Shown here piece by piece: positions 37,576-50,216 of a stretch of 64,000 nucleotides of DNA. The first letter of the stretch is position 1; every line of letters begins with the position of its first letter. The notes under the pieces are model-generated. The model ran no database searches. It was not told the DNA's origin and worked only from the letters and a program-made list of their open reading frames with translations. Source of the stretch: Neodothiora populina (Eukaryota). The stretch is from contig NW_027191417.1 in NCBI RefSeq assembly GCF_041146345.1, positions 558,001 through 622,000 on the forward strand, read 5' to 3'. A program made the translations under genes and the position numbers.

Positions 37576-38946
37576 CTACCATTTAGATACAGAATCGGCT
37601 CCTGCATCTTCCCAGTCATCACAATCGCCAGCCTCAGGCATGCCGTTCGATCGGTCGTCTTCGATCTCGAACTTGGTCCCTAATGCCGCTTGTCCCTGCT
37701 TAATGAGATCCTGCAGCTGCCTGCTCATCTTGCGAATACTTTTGTCGGTATCTTTATCCTCTCTGTTCCTCTTGGCGAGGATTTTCTGTGCTTGTGAGCT
37801 CAGGGGAGACTGATCATGTAAGACCTTGCGATTCGTGATCAGAGGAGATCTAGCGGATGCACTGGAAACTCGTCGGTCTTGAGCGTGCTGTGATGAGATA
37901 GGAGAAACATTCATATGATCGGAATTGAGTTGAGTATGAAATGGCGAACCAGTGTAAGCGATGTTTGACGAAGCTGCGCGTCGAGACGTGGGAATCAGTG
38001 AACGTCTACAGCTCGCTCGTGACGTGGGCAGCCGAGGAGCGGCTAACAGGGGGTTCGATATCTTGCGCGTGGTCAATCTCGGACTACTTTCACGAGTATG
38101 CAGATTGTTCTCAACGACAACCCAGTCACCGGCAGTCTCGGTATGTAGTCGTTTGTTGGGTTGCGAGGTGCACTCCCGGTCAGGATTATGCGAAGATCTC
38201 CGCTCGTGTGGAAACTGACCGGGTATGGGGGTTGAAGACCTAAAGTACCCGTCCCAATCATGATCTAGATCCAATTCAGTCGGGCTGGCAAAGTCATAGC
38301 CTATGCCTTTCCCCGCGTGGAAACCACGAAAAGCACTTTCCCGACAAAAGCTCACGATTTTGCCTGCCATGGACGTCGCTAAATTCAAGACGAAACCTCC
38401 CCAGCTTGAGTTTGGTGCTTCAGTGTTGTATGCACTGTCATTCAACCTGGCGTGCCCATTACGCTCACGCGCCAGTGGTCCAGTCAAAGCATCGAGGTGG
38501 AAAGATGTGGATCCCGCCCCTGCCTCGCCTTCGTCCCAGTCAGTGCGAAACTTGAAATCCAAAGATTCATATTTCTCGTAGTAAGAAGTAGCAGCAAGGG
38601 TCGGAGTGTCGAAGCCATTCGCAAGCGTGTATGTCGGGTTAGCCAAAGGTGCGGGACTTGGGCCATCCGCTGTTCCCATTTTGACATCAATGCTCTGTCC
38701 ATGTACCGCAGCGGTCCCATGCGCGTTTGGCAATCTGAACTTGGTACTTGAGTCTGTCCTTGCTTCTCTGTGAGTAACGGGCAACTGATTGCGCTTCGAA
38801 GCGAAGTTTGAACTAAGATAAGCGCTGGCTGGGGTGAGTGGCGGTCGAAAGACATTATTGTGCAGCACCCGGTGGTCTCCGTTCTGCACTTCCTGCGGAG
38901 TGGCGAAGGTAAAAGGCATATGCCGGGTGGCGGAGGGGGTCTCCAT
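37576..38946 (-). CDS. Hypothetical, largely disordered protein (456 aa)
   Basis: Long intronless ATG-initiated ORF rich in S/P/R, with short structured-looking blocks (AGKIVSFCRESAFRGFHAGKG; IRKMSRQLQDLIKQGQAALGTKFEI). Confidence 0.8.
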   Translation of the reverse strand: METPSATRHMPFTFATPQEVQNGDHRVLHNNVFRPPLTPASAYLSSNFASKRNQLPVTHREARTDSSTKFRLPNAHGTAAVHGQSIDVKMGTADGPSPAPLANPTYTLANGFDTPTLAATSYYEKYESLDFKFRTDWDEGEAGAGSTSFHLDALTGPLARERNGHARLNDSAYNTEAPNSSWGGFVLNLATSMAGKIVSFCRESAFRGFHAGKGIGYDFASPTELDLDHDWDGYFRSSTPIPGQFPHERRSSHNPDRECTSQPNKRLHTETAGDWVVVENNLHTRESSPRLTTRKISNPLLAAPRLPTSRASCRRSLIPTSRRAASSNIAYTGSPFHTQLNSDHMNVSPISSQHAQDRRVSSASARSPLITNRKVLHDQSPLSSQAQKILAKRNREDKDTDKSIRKMSRQLQDLIKQGQAALGTKFEIEDDRSNGMPEAGDCDDWEDAGADSVSKW

Positions 38947-40130
38947 CGCAAAGCGTCTGGACCAGGTCTACTGTATCTCGGGGATAGGTGTAGATAGATG
39001 TTTGGAACGTCGTGGATAGGTTCGCTACATGTACGGCAAGGAAGACAAGCTGCTCGTGCTGCTCACTCCGCGGCTACAAATGGAATGCGGGGGTGTGGTT
39101 GCCTTGTAGGGATCTCGCTCATGCTATGATAGAGGCATTGCGACAAAAGATTGACCAGACATGGTCATGCTGCCACAATTGAGCAATTACTGCCAGGTCG
39201 TGAGATCTGACAGAACACAGTGTGATTGTACTACTACAGTAATTCTATGGAGACTTGGAGATTGCTCCAGGAGACCTTCAGCCTGGCGTTGGCCGGCCAA
39301 CTCTTGGGTACCGAGGTAGTTTCGAGATCATCCAATCAGATAAGAGAAGATCGTCATCTGCCACTGCGTCTCGTCAAGCTTTAAACTTCTAGAACATTTC
39401 GATGAGATGTGGAATGTGTTTCACGTTTCAATTCTTTTCGAGGGCGGAGAGACGGCAAGGTGTCATGGTCAACTAGCTCAACAGTGTTCGAGTTCTGCTC
39501 TGCCAGACAAGTCTTTACGTGGCTAGGTGCCTTTCGGGGTTAGTCTCGGTCTATATTGACTCGCAATCGGATCAATGGGATTCTCCACGCACACCTGGTC
39601 AGTCCAGATCTGCAGACCACACTATGCCTAAGGTGAGAGTTGTGACACTCGCATTCAGTTGAGGCCATGTTCTATTGTACCGTGTGAAGAGCAAAAAGTC
39701 TGAGTTCACAAGCAATGGACCATGAAATGCTGTACTACGTTGCTTATGTACAGCCCATCCCAACATGTTGTATCCATAATGAATTCACCATTTCTCTTCC
39801 ATTGGTGAGCTTTCGGCAAGTGTTTCCCCATTGTCTTGCCAGCTCAGAAAACAGTGCACCTGTCACCAAAGCTACAGATCTACTGTATATCAATCGGATT
39901 GGGCTAGGTGATCTGGGAGCATGATGTTATCAAAGGCGCGATTTCGGAGCATTGTCGAATTTGCCGAAGCTCAACGCAAGACGTCGGTTTAGTCCATCTC
40001 GGTGGCTGACTCAACCCCCGCACTGCTGCTCCATAGCGTCCGTCCGTGGTCAGCAGAATATTTCATTGATCACTCTGGACTCGTTTATGTTCTTGCTTCT
40101 GTCCCGACATCAATCCCTCAACCAGCGAAC

Positions 40131-41443
40131 ATGTCGTCCAAACATGCAGTGCGCTCGCTGCTCACCAATGCGTCACTGCGATCATTCAGTACCGTTGTCG
40201 ATGACCGGCTAGCAATGGCCGCGTCGGCAACCCCTCTGTCCCGCTCAACCAATGTTCTACATACTGCTCTCAATGCCACAGCTCCCCGTCACAATTGGAC
40301 GCGAGATGAGATCCGCGAAGTCTACAACACGCCGCTCATGGAGCTTGCACACCAATCTGTACGCTTGTCTGACTGATGTCGACGGCGGCTTGATCCAAGA
40401 CTGACCCGTTGCTACTGTCAGGGCGTCTTGCATCGACGATTTCACTCTCCATCTGCCGTACAGATGTGTACCCTTATGAACATCAAGACTGGAGGTTGCT
40501 CTGAGGATTGTTCTTACTGCTCCCAGTCGTCTCGGCACAACACTGGTATACACTCAATGTCGCCTGCCCAACCGCATGCTTGTCTCTTACCGGATATCTA
40601 GGTCTCAAGGCTACGAAGATGTCTTCCGTCGACTCGGTCCTCGAAGCTGCCAGGATAGCAAAGAACAACGGCAGCACGCGCTTCTGTATGGGAGCCGCTT
40701 GGCGCGATATGCGAGGCAGGAAGTCAGGCCTGAAGAACGTCAAAGCCATGGTCGAGGGCGTACGCGCCATGGAGATGGAAGTCTGTGTGACCCTGGGAAT
40801 GATCGACCAAGCCCAAGCCGAGGAACTTGCCAGCGCTGGCTTGACCGCGTACAACCATAACATCGACACTTCCCGCGAGCACTACCCTTCGGTCATCACC
40901 ACCCGTACCTACGACGAGCGCTTGCAGACTTTGTCCAACGTTCGCAACGCTGGCATCAATGTATGCTCTGGTGGTATTCTTGGACTCGGCGAAAAGCCAG
41001 AAGACCACGTGGGTCTCATTCACACCGTCGGCACCATGCCATCTCATCCCGAATCCTTCCCTGTCAACGCTTTGGTACCCATCAAGGGAACGCCCCTCGG
41101 AGATGATCCCACGCGTAAGCGCATCAGCTTCGACGCCATCCTGCGTACCATCGCCACGGCACGTGTCGTCATGCCTGCAACAATCATCAGAATCGCTGCT
41201 GGTAGAACTACAATGAGCGAGGCAGAGCAGATCCTCTGCTTTTCCGCCGGCGCAAACGCCATCTTCACTGGTGAGAAGATGCTGACCACCGAATGCAACG
41301 GCTGGGACGAGGACAAGGCCATGTTCGAGAAGTACGGACTCGTGCCCATGAAGAGCTTTGAGAGAGGAGGTCTCCGGGAAGCTCCAGACTACTTCACGGA
41401 GATGCAAGCCACCATGAAAAAGGACCTTGCGGCATCGGCGTAG
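40131..41443 (+). CDS. BIO2: Biotin synthase, mitochondrial (radical SAM)
   Basis: Presequence-like N-terminus, [14 protein letters not shown] (CxxxCxxC), [55 protein letters not shown]. Introns at 40359-40421 and 40546-40601. Confidence 0.97.
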
Positions 41444-44093
41444 ATCATTCACTCATGGTGAAATCCCCATAAACTACTCCAGCTACGATCAGTAAAGGGA
41501 CCACGAAATGAAACAAATGTCAAATGATGCATCGTTGCCAAGTACCGGGAAATGATGAGTAGGTAGACTAAGGCAAGACGTACTGGTAGTCCTCTCCATT
41601 CTCTGATTCCACTCTGTGCTGCATATCTAGCTGCAAGCGAAGCCCGTATCTTGCAGGGTTCAATCACCGGCCAAGACGGAACAGATGTGATGAAACGCCC
41701 GACCTCTGGTCCACCAATGCGACCAGAACGATGGCATCTGACAACTCATCAAGATCAAAAGCTAGCTGCGGTAGATGAGTCATGGGACTTTCTTGTAAAG
41801 AATATCTAAAAAGTTGCACACAATGACAAATAAGCCCCTTTCTCCTGGTAGTCATGCAAGGATAACATACTACATGAGAGCACGTGCAGCCCTTATCCGA
41901 GTTGGATGCTCGAAATCGGCGGTCGACGTTTATAGTTCTGCAATGTGAACAGGATGAATCGCAAAGGGTCACGAATTGACACGCGTGATAGGTGTAAAGA
42001 CAGATCTGGTCGCGTTGTTCGATGTGAACAACGTCAAATAACGTAAGGGTGAAGCTCCTCATTGAAAACTACCTTACCTTGTACTCGCTTAGTCGGGGTA
42101 TGTGTTGACGAGAGAAGAGCCCCGCATCGCATTCATTGGGCCCCGTCCTATCCTAAGCTGCTTTACCCCACCAAGACTTCTTTCCCAAGTACAGTACAAG
42201 TATAACGTGATATCGAGAAGTGAGGTACCTCACTGCTCCACAGATACAGCTTGTATTCGATCCACCTAGGAAGGTGTGGCGTTGTTTCACTGCGACGTTG
42301 GCTGCTTGTTCTGTCGTTTCCTCTCAAAAGGCAATCTGTGACGGAACGGCCCACACAGCTTGCGCCTCATCTACTGTACCTTACTGTTCCATGTACCCTG
42401 TACCCTATAGCTGTTCTTTTGCTCGTAGTGGCGCCCCGCGGGGAGTCTACGAACGTTGCATCCGCTTCTTACGAACACTTGCTCTGCTCGTTAGCAAATC
42501 CCAAAGTTGCCGTTGGTCGCATCAGGTGTCGTCTCGATGCTGCGCGTATCCATATGGTCGGATTCTCTGTACTTGGCAAAGCTATGGTATTACCAATATC
42601 AAACGCCGCAATTCATGTTTCGGGTTATCGTGAGAAGTCTTGATGTTCTTGAAGCCGGAGGTCTCGAGCCAAGTCTGCAGCACTAGACGTTTCGTGGTCC
42701 GCTAGATATCGACCATTCTGGGAGGACACCAAAACCACCACTAGTCAAAATTGGGACAATCGAATTGCAAGAATGACGATCTATTCGGAAGAGTCGAGTC
42801 CTGGACTCGACAAGCAGACTGGCACTAAGTGGAGTACTCACGCGATCATACAAGCGCAAACAAGAGAACGGTTGACTACTAAGGTTTTGTCTTTTTGCAC
42901 AGTGGGTGACAGTAGAGGAGCAAGACCAAGGTAAGCATTCTTGCGACGCGACTATGGCTGTCCTGACCGCCAGGACAAACGACGCCACGACTACCTATAT
43001 GCAATTTGCGCGGAGGCATGACAGAATGGCGTCAGGGATATGTCATATACTGACTTGGAATCCAAGCGAGCAAAGGCCCTCGTGACCATCTGAGTAGTTT
43101 ATGAGCCCAATGAGCATTTCCGCAGTCCGCGCAATTACAGACAGAATTGCCTCGGATCACTGTCCTTTGATGACGGGAGTGTCGGTGATAAGGTTGGATT
43201 AAACTGCACACGCACAGACTATGGATGGAGGGATTGCGCTAAGGCGCGCATCGGAATAAGCCTCCCCCAGCTTTAATTTCTACCATGAACAGCGCCGAGC
43301 AGTTGCATGGGTCGAACGAACATAGATGCATTCTTAAGGGGCTGTACGAAATGTTTTGCCTCTTGACATGGGTGGCGACTGCATCGGCACCGTCTCGATT
43401 GATTGTAACAGGTCGTTCAATGGAATTACTGAGGATCGCACATACGACAAAGACAAAAGCAATGCAATGGACTAAAATACCGTGATGTATACCTCCGTAC
43501 CATTGAGCGGAGGAGAAACGCTGGAGAAGCCCCCCCCCGCATCGGTTAGTCGTATCCCCATGGAGTGCAGATCCGCCTAAGAGAACCACTGTGGATCTTA
43601 CATGTAGCGAGCATCTTGGCAGTTTGAGTTCATATAAAAAAAAAGTGTACAAGCACGGCACTGTGCCTGGCTTGTGGATGCCCTGCATACACCGAGCATT
43701 GCTCCCCCGCCCCGACGTCGATGATACCTCGACGATCTGACTGATGAGAGCTGCCTTGTCTCGTACCCGGGCCCTCATCCAGGGCGATGGATGATGATAG
43801 GCATGCAGCCTGCCTCGCTGCATGCGGAGACGAAGGACGGATGAGCTCATCCTGCCGGTGCGTTTGTACCATCTGACTTTGTGTGATGGGAAGGACCATG
43901 ATTACCCCGCGCAGCAAGGCGGATAAATCGTCCGCTGGGGAAAGTGAAGTGAGGTAGGTTACAAAAAAAAAGTTGTGGAGCCAAACCGAGCACCTATAAA
44001 TTGAGAGTTATACCGCAACCTTCCCGATTGTGTAGCTACGCGCGATTTCTTCCTCCAGCTTGAAGTCCTCCGAAAATATAGCTATTGGGAGAT

Positions 44094-47000
44094 ATGAGTT
44101 CAATTCGCAGTCTAGCTCTCCTGCTTAGAGCTGCTGCATTCACGCAGGCCCAAGTAAGCCCTCCAGGATCCCCTGTACGTCATTGCATATGTCTTCTATG
44201 TCGTACAAAGAGTGTGGTCCACTAACGAGACATTGCAGTTCCCGGAAACAACTTATCCCAATGCCACTGTCGCGTATGCGGTTGCCGGCGCTCAATTCAA
44301 CCAAACATCGCCCCCATTCTACCCCTCACCCTGGGGCGAGGGTACGGGAGACTGGGCGGCAGCATATGCAAAGGCAAAGACATTCGTCGCTGGATTGACT
44401 CTGACCGAGAAGGTCAATCTCACCACTGGTAAGTGCTTATCATCGAAGCACCAGAACAAGACCATTTACTAACACTAAGACAGGTGTTGGGTACGAACCA
44501 TTGAAGATGTTGCAGCGTCATTCACTGATCTATGAATAGCTGGGAAGGCGAGAAGTGTGTCGGCAACAATGGCGAGATTCCGCGTCTCGGCTTCAAGTCT
44601 TTGTGCATGCAGGACTCTCCACTCGGCGTTCGAGACAGTAAGTTTCACTTTGAAGGCTGCAGCGTAAACAGAGCCATTGACTGACGAGTAATAGCCGATT
44701 TCGTGTCTGGCTTTTCTGCCGGCGTGACAATCGCTGCAACATGGGACCGCAAGCTTTTCTACGAACGTGGCCACGACATGGGCACTGAACACAAGTTGAA
44801 GGGTGTTGATGTTCAACTGGGACCTGTAGTCGGCCCATTGGGCAGACATCCAGAAGGTGGAAGAAACTGGGAAGGTTGGTCTTTTCTGGCTTCCATTGCT
44901 GATTCTCGGTACTAACGAGATGACATGTAGGCTTCAGTCCTGACCCAGTCTTGTCTGGCATCGCGGTCGCCGAGACCATCAAGGGTATTCAAGATGCTGG
45001 TGTCATGGCTTGTACCAAGCACTACATTCTGAATGAGCAAGAACACTACCGCCAAGGAGGTTTGTGATTCTTGGACGTTCTATCGATCAAGGCCGTTGCT
45101 GACCACTTCAGGTTCTAATTTGAGCGACGCCATTAGCTCAAACATTGACGATGTAACCATGCATGAGCTATACCTCTGGCCATTCGCCGATGCAGTAAGA
45201 GCAGGCACCGCTTCAGTAAGTAGCTATTCTCGACGCGTTCTGGACAACAATACTCATCAAGATCAGGTGATGTGCAGTTACAACCAGATCAACAACAGCT
45301 ATGCTTGCCAGAATTCGGAGGTACTCAACAAACTTCTCAAATCAGAACTTGGCTTCCAAGGATTTGTCATGAGTGATTGGGCAGCTCAGCACTCTGGTGT
45401 CAGCTCGGCTCTAGCAGGTCTTGATATGACCATGCCTGGTGATGCCGCATTCGACAGCGGCACGTCCTTCTGGGTTAGTATGATAATGTCTCGCATTCAT
45501 GCATTTACTAATCGAGGTTTATATCAGGGATCGAACCTGACTATTGCAGTGTTGAACGGCACGGTTCCTCAGTGGAGGTGAGTATCCCGAGACGGTTCTG
45601 GTAGCGAAAAAGAGAGTTCGGGAGCTGACCTTCTCTAGACTGGACGACATGTGTGTTCGTATCGTCGCCGCCTGGTACTACGTCGACCGTGAGAACAACC
45701 AAGTTGAGAACGCCCCAACCTTTTCTTCTTGGACAATCAACACCTATGGCTACCAGCACTTTTACGCTGAAGAAGACTGGACGGTAGTGAACTACCATGT
45801 CAATGCTCAAGAGGATCACGCAGCTGGTATCAGAGAGGTAGCTGCCAAGGGAACAGTTCTACTCAAGAACAGCGGTGCACTTCCCCTGTCCGGCAAAGAA
45901 AAATTGACAGGAGTCTTTGGTGAAGATGCCGGTGACAATGTGCTTGGCCCTAATGGATGCGCCGATCGTGGCTGTGGTGAGTTTGAATGAAAAACCGGGT
46001 TGACAGCACAGCTCTGACGTTTTGCAGATAACGGTACCCTTGCAATGGGTTGGGGTTCAGGCACTGCCAACTTCCCTTACCTTGTCACTCCGCTCACCGC
46101 CATACAAAACGAAATCCGCTCGAACGGCGGATCCATTGAGAACGTTCTCGACAATTGGGCATACAGCCAGATTGATACACTTGCTCAGCGCGTGGAAGAT
46201 GTCGAGGGTGTTGCCATTGTCTTTGTCAACGCAGACGCTGGTGAAGGGTACATTATTGTGGATGGCAACGAGGGTGACAGGAACAATCTTACACTGTGGC
46301 AGAATGGAGACAAGCTCATCGAGAACGTCACTGCACTGTGCAGCAATGTCATCGTCGTGATGCACACGGTCGGTCCGGTGCTCGTCGATGCATGGTATGA
46401 TAACCCAAATGTCACTGCAATCCTCTGGGCAGGTATTCCCGGACAAGAGAGTGGCAACGCCATTGCCGATATCTTGTATGGACGCGTCAGCCCATCTGGC
46501 AAGTTGCCTTTTACTTTCGGCAGATACAGAGGCGAATATGGAAGCGACGTCCTCTACACGCCCAACAATGGTTTAGCCCCTCCTCAAGACGACTTTACCA
46601 ATGGCGTCTTCATCGACTACAAGGTGTTCGATCGCCTCAATGTGAACCCGATCTACGAGTTTGGCTACGGTCTCTCCTACACAAACTTCAGCTACTCTAA
46701 CTTGCAGGTGACCGCCAACACGGCAGCACCTCCATACACCCCAGCAAGCGGTCTCACAAGCCCGGCTCCCACTTATGGAAGTGTTAGCGATGACCTTTCC
46801 GAGTACGAATTTCCCGCCGGCTTCCATCAGGTGCCCTTCTATATCTACCCTTATTTGAACGCCAGCACTCTCGCTGGTGCATCTCAAGATCCCGAATACG
46901 GCATCAACCACACATTCCCCGCCGGCGGCTACGATAGCTCTGCTCAACCCATCCTGCCAGCAGGCGGCGCACCAGGCGGCAACCCACGTCTCTACGACGT

Positions 47001-47583
47001 TCTGTTCACCGTGACATCCACAGTCACAAACACCGGCAACGTTCTAGGCGAGGAAGTCCCTCAGCTCTACGTGTCCCTCGGGGGGCCCAACGACCCCGTC
47101 GTCGCGCTGCGTCAATTCGACAAATTCTCCATTGCGCCCGGCGCATCCGCCGTCTTCACCGCAGACATCACAAGACGAGACTTGAGCAACTGGGACACGC
47201 TCGCTCAGGATTGGTTCATCAGTACATACCCCAAGACCGTCCACGTCGGGTCTTCGTCGAGGAAGCTACCGCTCAGTGCTCCCTTGCCCATCGCCGGATC
47301 TTCTGGTGCTGTCGGCGGCGGTGGCGGCGGCGCTAGCGGTGCTGCTTCTTCGTCGTTGCCTGCTGCTACCGCTGGCAGCAACTCGACCTATGTCGCCCCG
47401 ACCGCCCCTCCCGCTACTTCTTCTCTGCTGACCTCTGCCACGTCTGCTGGCTCGTTGTCGTCGTCGTCGTCGTCGTCTGTCCCGACTGAACACAACAAGC
47501 ATTCTACGTATGGCGGGCCTGGAGGCTCGTGGGCGAGTTACTACGGTGGTGGTGGCGGCCACAGCTATACCAAGACTTGGTAG
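44094..47583 (+). CDS. Secreted GH3 beta-glucosidase (BglA/Bgl1-like) with an S/T/G-rich C-terminal extension
   Basis: Signal peptide, [63 protein letters not shown] nucleophile motif, [14 protein letters not shown]. Ten introns: 44154-44238, 44429-44483, 44491-44539, 44638-44694, 44875-44930, 45060-45111, 45216-45266, 45474-45527, 45578-45638, 45977-46027. Confidence 0.96.
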
Positions 47584-48107
47584 TGCCTTGTTGTCTATTT
47601 GACGATGGAATCTTGAACAGGGAGAAGGGCATTGGTTTCTTTACATTCGTTCATTTCCATCAGACCAGGTAGTGTCGGATGATCTATTTCGATGAGCACG
47701 ACTCGATGACGACAAGGAGGATGTTGATCATCGATGATGACTTGATGATTGTTGACGAAGATGACGAGAAGAAAGGGAAACAGGTATCTGCAAAGGGCCA
47801 CCACCAGAAGCAAAGACTGCGAGGCGAGTGCATGGGAAAGAGAGGAAGAAAGCGTCTGTCTGTACTTCTATCTCGGGAGGACAACGATTGCGTACACTCT
47901 TATCTACCTAGCTAGCTAGGACTAAGTAGATGGAACGAGGCTGTACCGAAGACGAAAGACCGAGTTCCCGAGAGCGAGATGACGAAGTGCTGTTTCTATT
48001 GTTTTCTGCGTTGGTGATGATGTCTTTCTTGTTTAGATGAGACCGGAAGACCAGACTAGATTACAGAGTGAGAGAAAAAGGAAAAGACAGAACCAGAAGA
48101 GAAGAGC

Positions 48108-48891
48108 CTAAGCGTCCAGCTTCCTCTTCTTACCCCTTCTCTTCCTACTACTCTTCTCCTCCTTAGCCCCCTCACCACCATTCCTCCTCTCTCCGTGCCG
48201 CTCGCCCTGCTGCCTCTCACCCAGCCCCTCGTCCCCACCCTTATCGGCCAAAAACTCCTTGAAACCTCCTGTGAACCCCTCCTCGTCGCCAAAAGTCTCC
48301 TTCCTCCACTGTCTCAGCCGGGCCTTCTTGCCCAACTTCTTCTTGTCGCGCCGTTTCTTCTCCTCGTCTCTGAACGCCGCCATCTTCTTGAGCCCGGCGA
48401 ATTGGTTCAGCGCCGAGTCGTCTGCGAACAGGATGTCGCGCGGCGTCAGGCCGAATGCGTCCGGGCTGGTCGCGCGGTAGCGGAAGCCCGTCGTGGGTTC
48501 GGTGTTGTCGGGGTTGGCGGATGTGGTGGTTGATGAGGGTAGGGGAAGGGAGTTGGATAGGTCCTTGTCTACCAGCTCTTCGATTGCTAGGCGCTCTTTG
48601 CGCGCGATGCGTTTTGCGTCTGCGCGCGCTTTGATGCGGTCTTTTTGGAGAGCGGCTTGGTTCTGCTTGTTGTTGATGAGGAGGGGGTCGAGGTCCATTT
48701 CGTCGTCATCGTCTTCGGCGTCGTTGTCTGAGCCTGAGGCGTGCGCGTCGTTATCGTCGTCGCTTAGTGTCAGGGCGGCTGGCTTGGTGGCTGCGTCGTC
48801 TTCAAAGTCTGGTAGAATGTCTTTGATGTCAATGTCGTCGTCCCAGATCGGTTTCTTGGCCTTTTTGGATTTGCTGGATGGTGCCTCTGCT

Positions 48892-48923
<32 letters not shown>

Positions 48924-50216
48924 TTCGGCGAAGCGAGTGTCCTTTTCTGCGTAGTAGCCGTCGCCGAATCGGGACTGCATCTCGCGCTCCCAGCGGTCGT
49001 CGTCCCAGTCGTCTTCGAGCACGCTGCGCCACTGCTCGAGATCGAGAGCTTGGCCCTTGAGGCCTGCTGCGTCCTTGATCTTCTTGACCTTCTCCTCGAC
49101 CTCGTCGATCTTGAGCTTGCGCAGACGAGCCTTGTCTTGCTCTCGCTCTTTCTTCTCGGCTTCTTTCTTTTCTCGCTCCTTCTCGCGCTGCTTCTTCCTG
49201 CCGCTGACGTCGTCGCGTCGCACGCTGTACTTGGCGACGTCACGACCGTACGTCATGAGCTTCTCGTTGCTCGCCTTGGGGTCTTCGAAGCGGAGGTTGT
49301 AGGCGTGCTCGAACTGCTCGGCGCGCGTCTCGTCTTCGGAATCGTCCGACTCGAGGGCTCGGAAACGTGAGGTCTGGTCGTCTTTGGGCACCCAGGCGCG
49401 GGCGGCCATGAAATTTGAGAGAAAAGTCTCCGGATCGCGATCGGCGGATTCGACGTCGACGGTGGTGATGTTTGCTCGACGCGCGGCGTTCACGTTGTCG
49501 TCGGCGGAGCGCATGTTTATGTGGGCGCCGTCGTTCTTGCGCATGAGGAAGTCGTCTTCGCCATCTTCGCCGTCCTCGGCCGTGGCTGTGTGCATCTGGC
49601 TGACGAGGTTTTGTTTGAGGTCTTCCTGCTCTTGAGCGTACGTCTTGGGCCGAGCATCTTCGTCGTCGTCGTCGTCGTCGTCCGCACCGATGTTGCCGTT
49701 GATCAGGTTCTGTCTGTGGTAGTCCTTGAGGTACATGGGCTTCTCCTTCTTGGTGTCGTCGTCTTTGGCGACAGCGTCGGCGTCAAAGGGAGTGTAGAAG
49801 GTGACGTTTGGATCGTAGACGCGAGGGTCTTTCTTCTTGATGGCATTGAGGGTGGCGAAGATTTCGTTGTCGAGGTCAGCAGTGGCGAGTTCGGCGGCAT
49901 CGTCTTCTTCTTCCGAGGTGGAATCGTCGTCGTCGTCGTCGAGGCCGTTCTTGAACTTCTCTTCCACTGTGAGCGGGTCAGTGTTTCTGTCTTTTTGTCA
50001 AGAAGAGAAAAGAAACGCACATCTCTGCTTCTCCTCGCGCTTCTTGTTGTATTCGAATCGCTTGGCGTATTCTTCGTTGATGTTGAAGGAATCCTGCAGG
50101 GCGACTCCGTTCCGTCCATCGTCGTCTTCGTCCTCGTCGTCGGAGAGGAATTTTGCTCGCTTTGCAGGCGGCTCCTCCGAGGTGGGCGCTGCGTGCTTTT
50201 TGGATTTGCGAGGCAT
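48108..50216 (-). CDS. KRI1: Ribosome biogenesis protein Kri1
   Basis: FNINEEYAKRFEYNKKREE, IKKKDPRVYD, KPMYLKDYHR, FEHAYNLRFEDP, FRYRATSPDAFGLTPRDILFADD, LNQFAGLKKMAAFR. Intron at 49967-50020. Confidence 0.96.
48892..48921. repeat. (TCG)10 microsatellite encoding poly-Asp in Kri1
   Basis: Tandem repeat read directly from the sequence. Confidence 0.9.
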
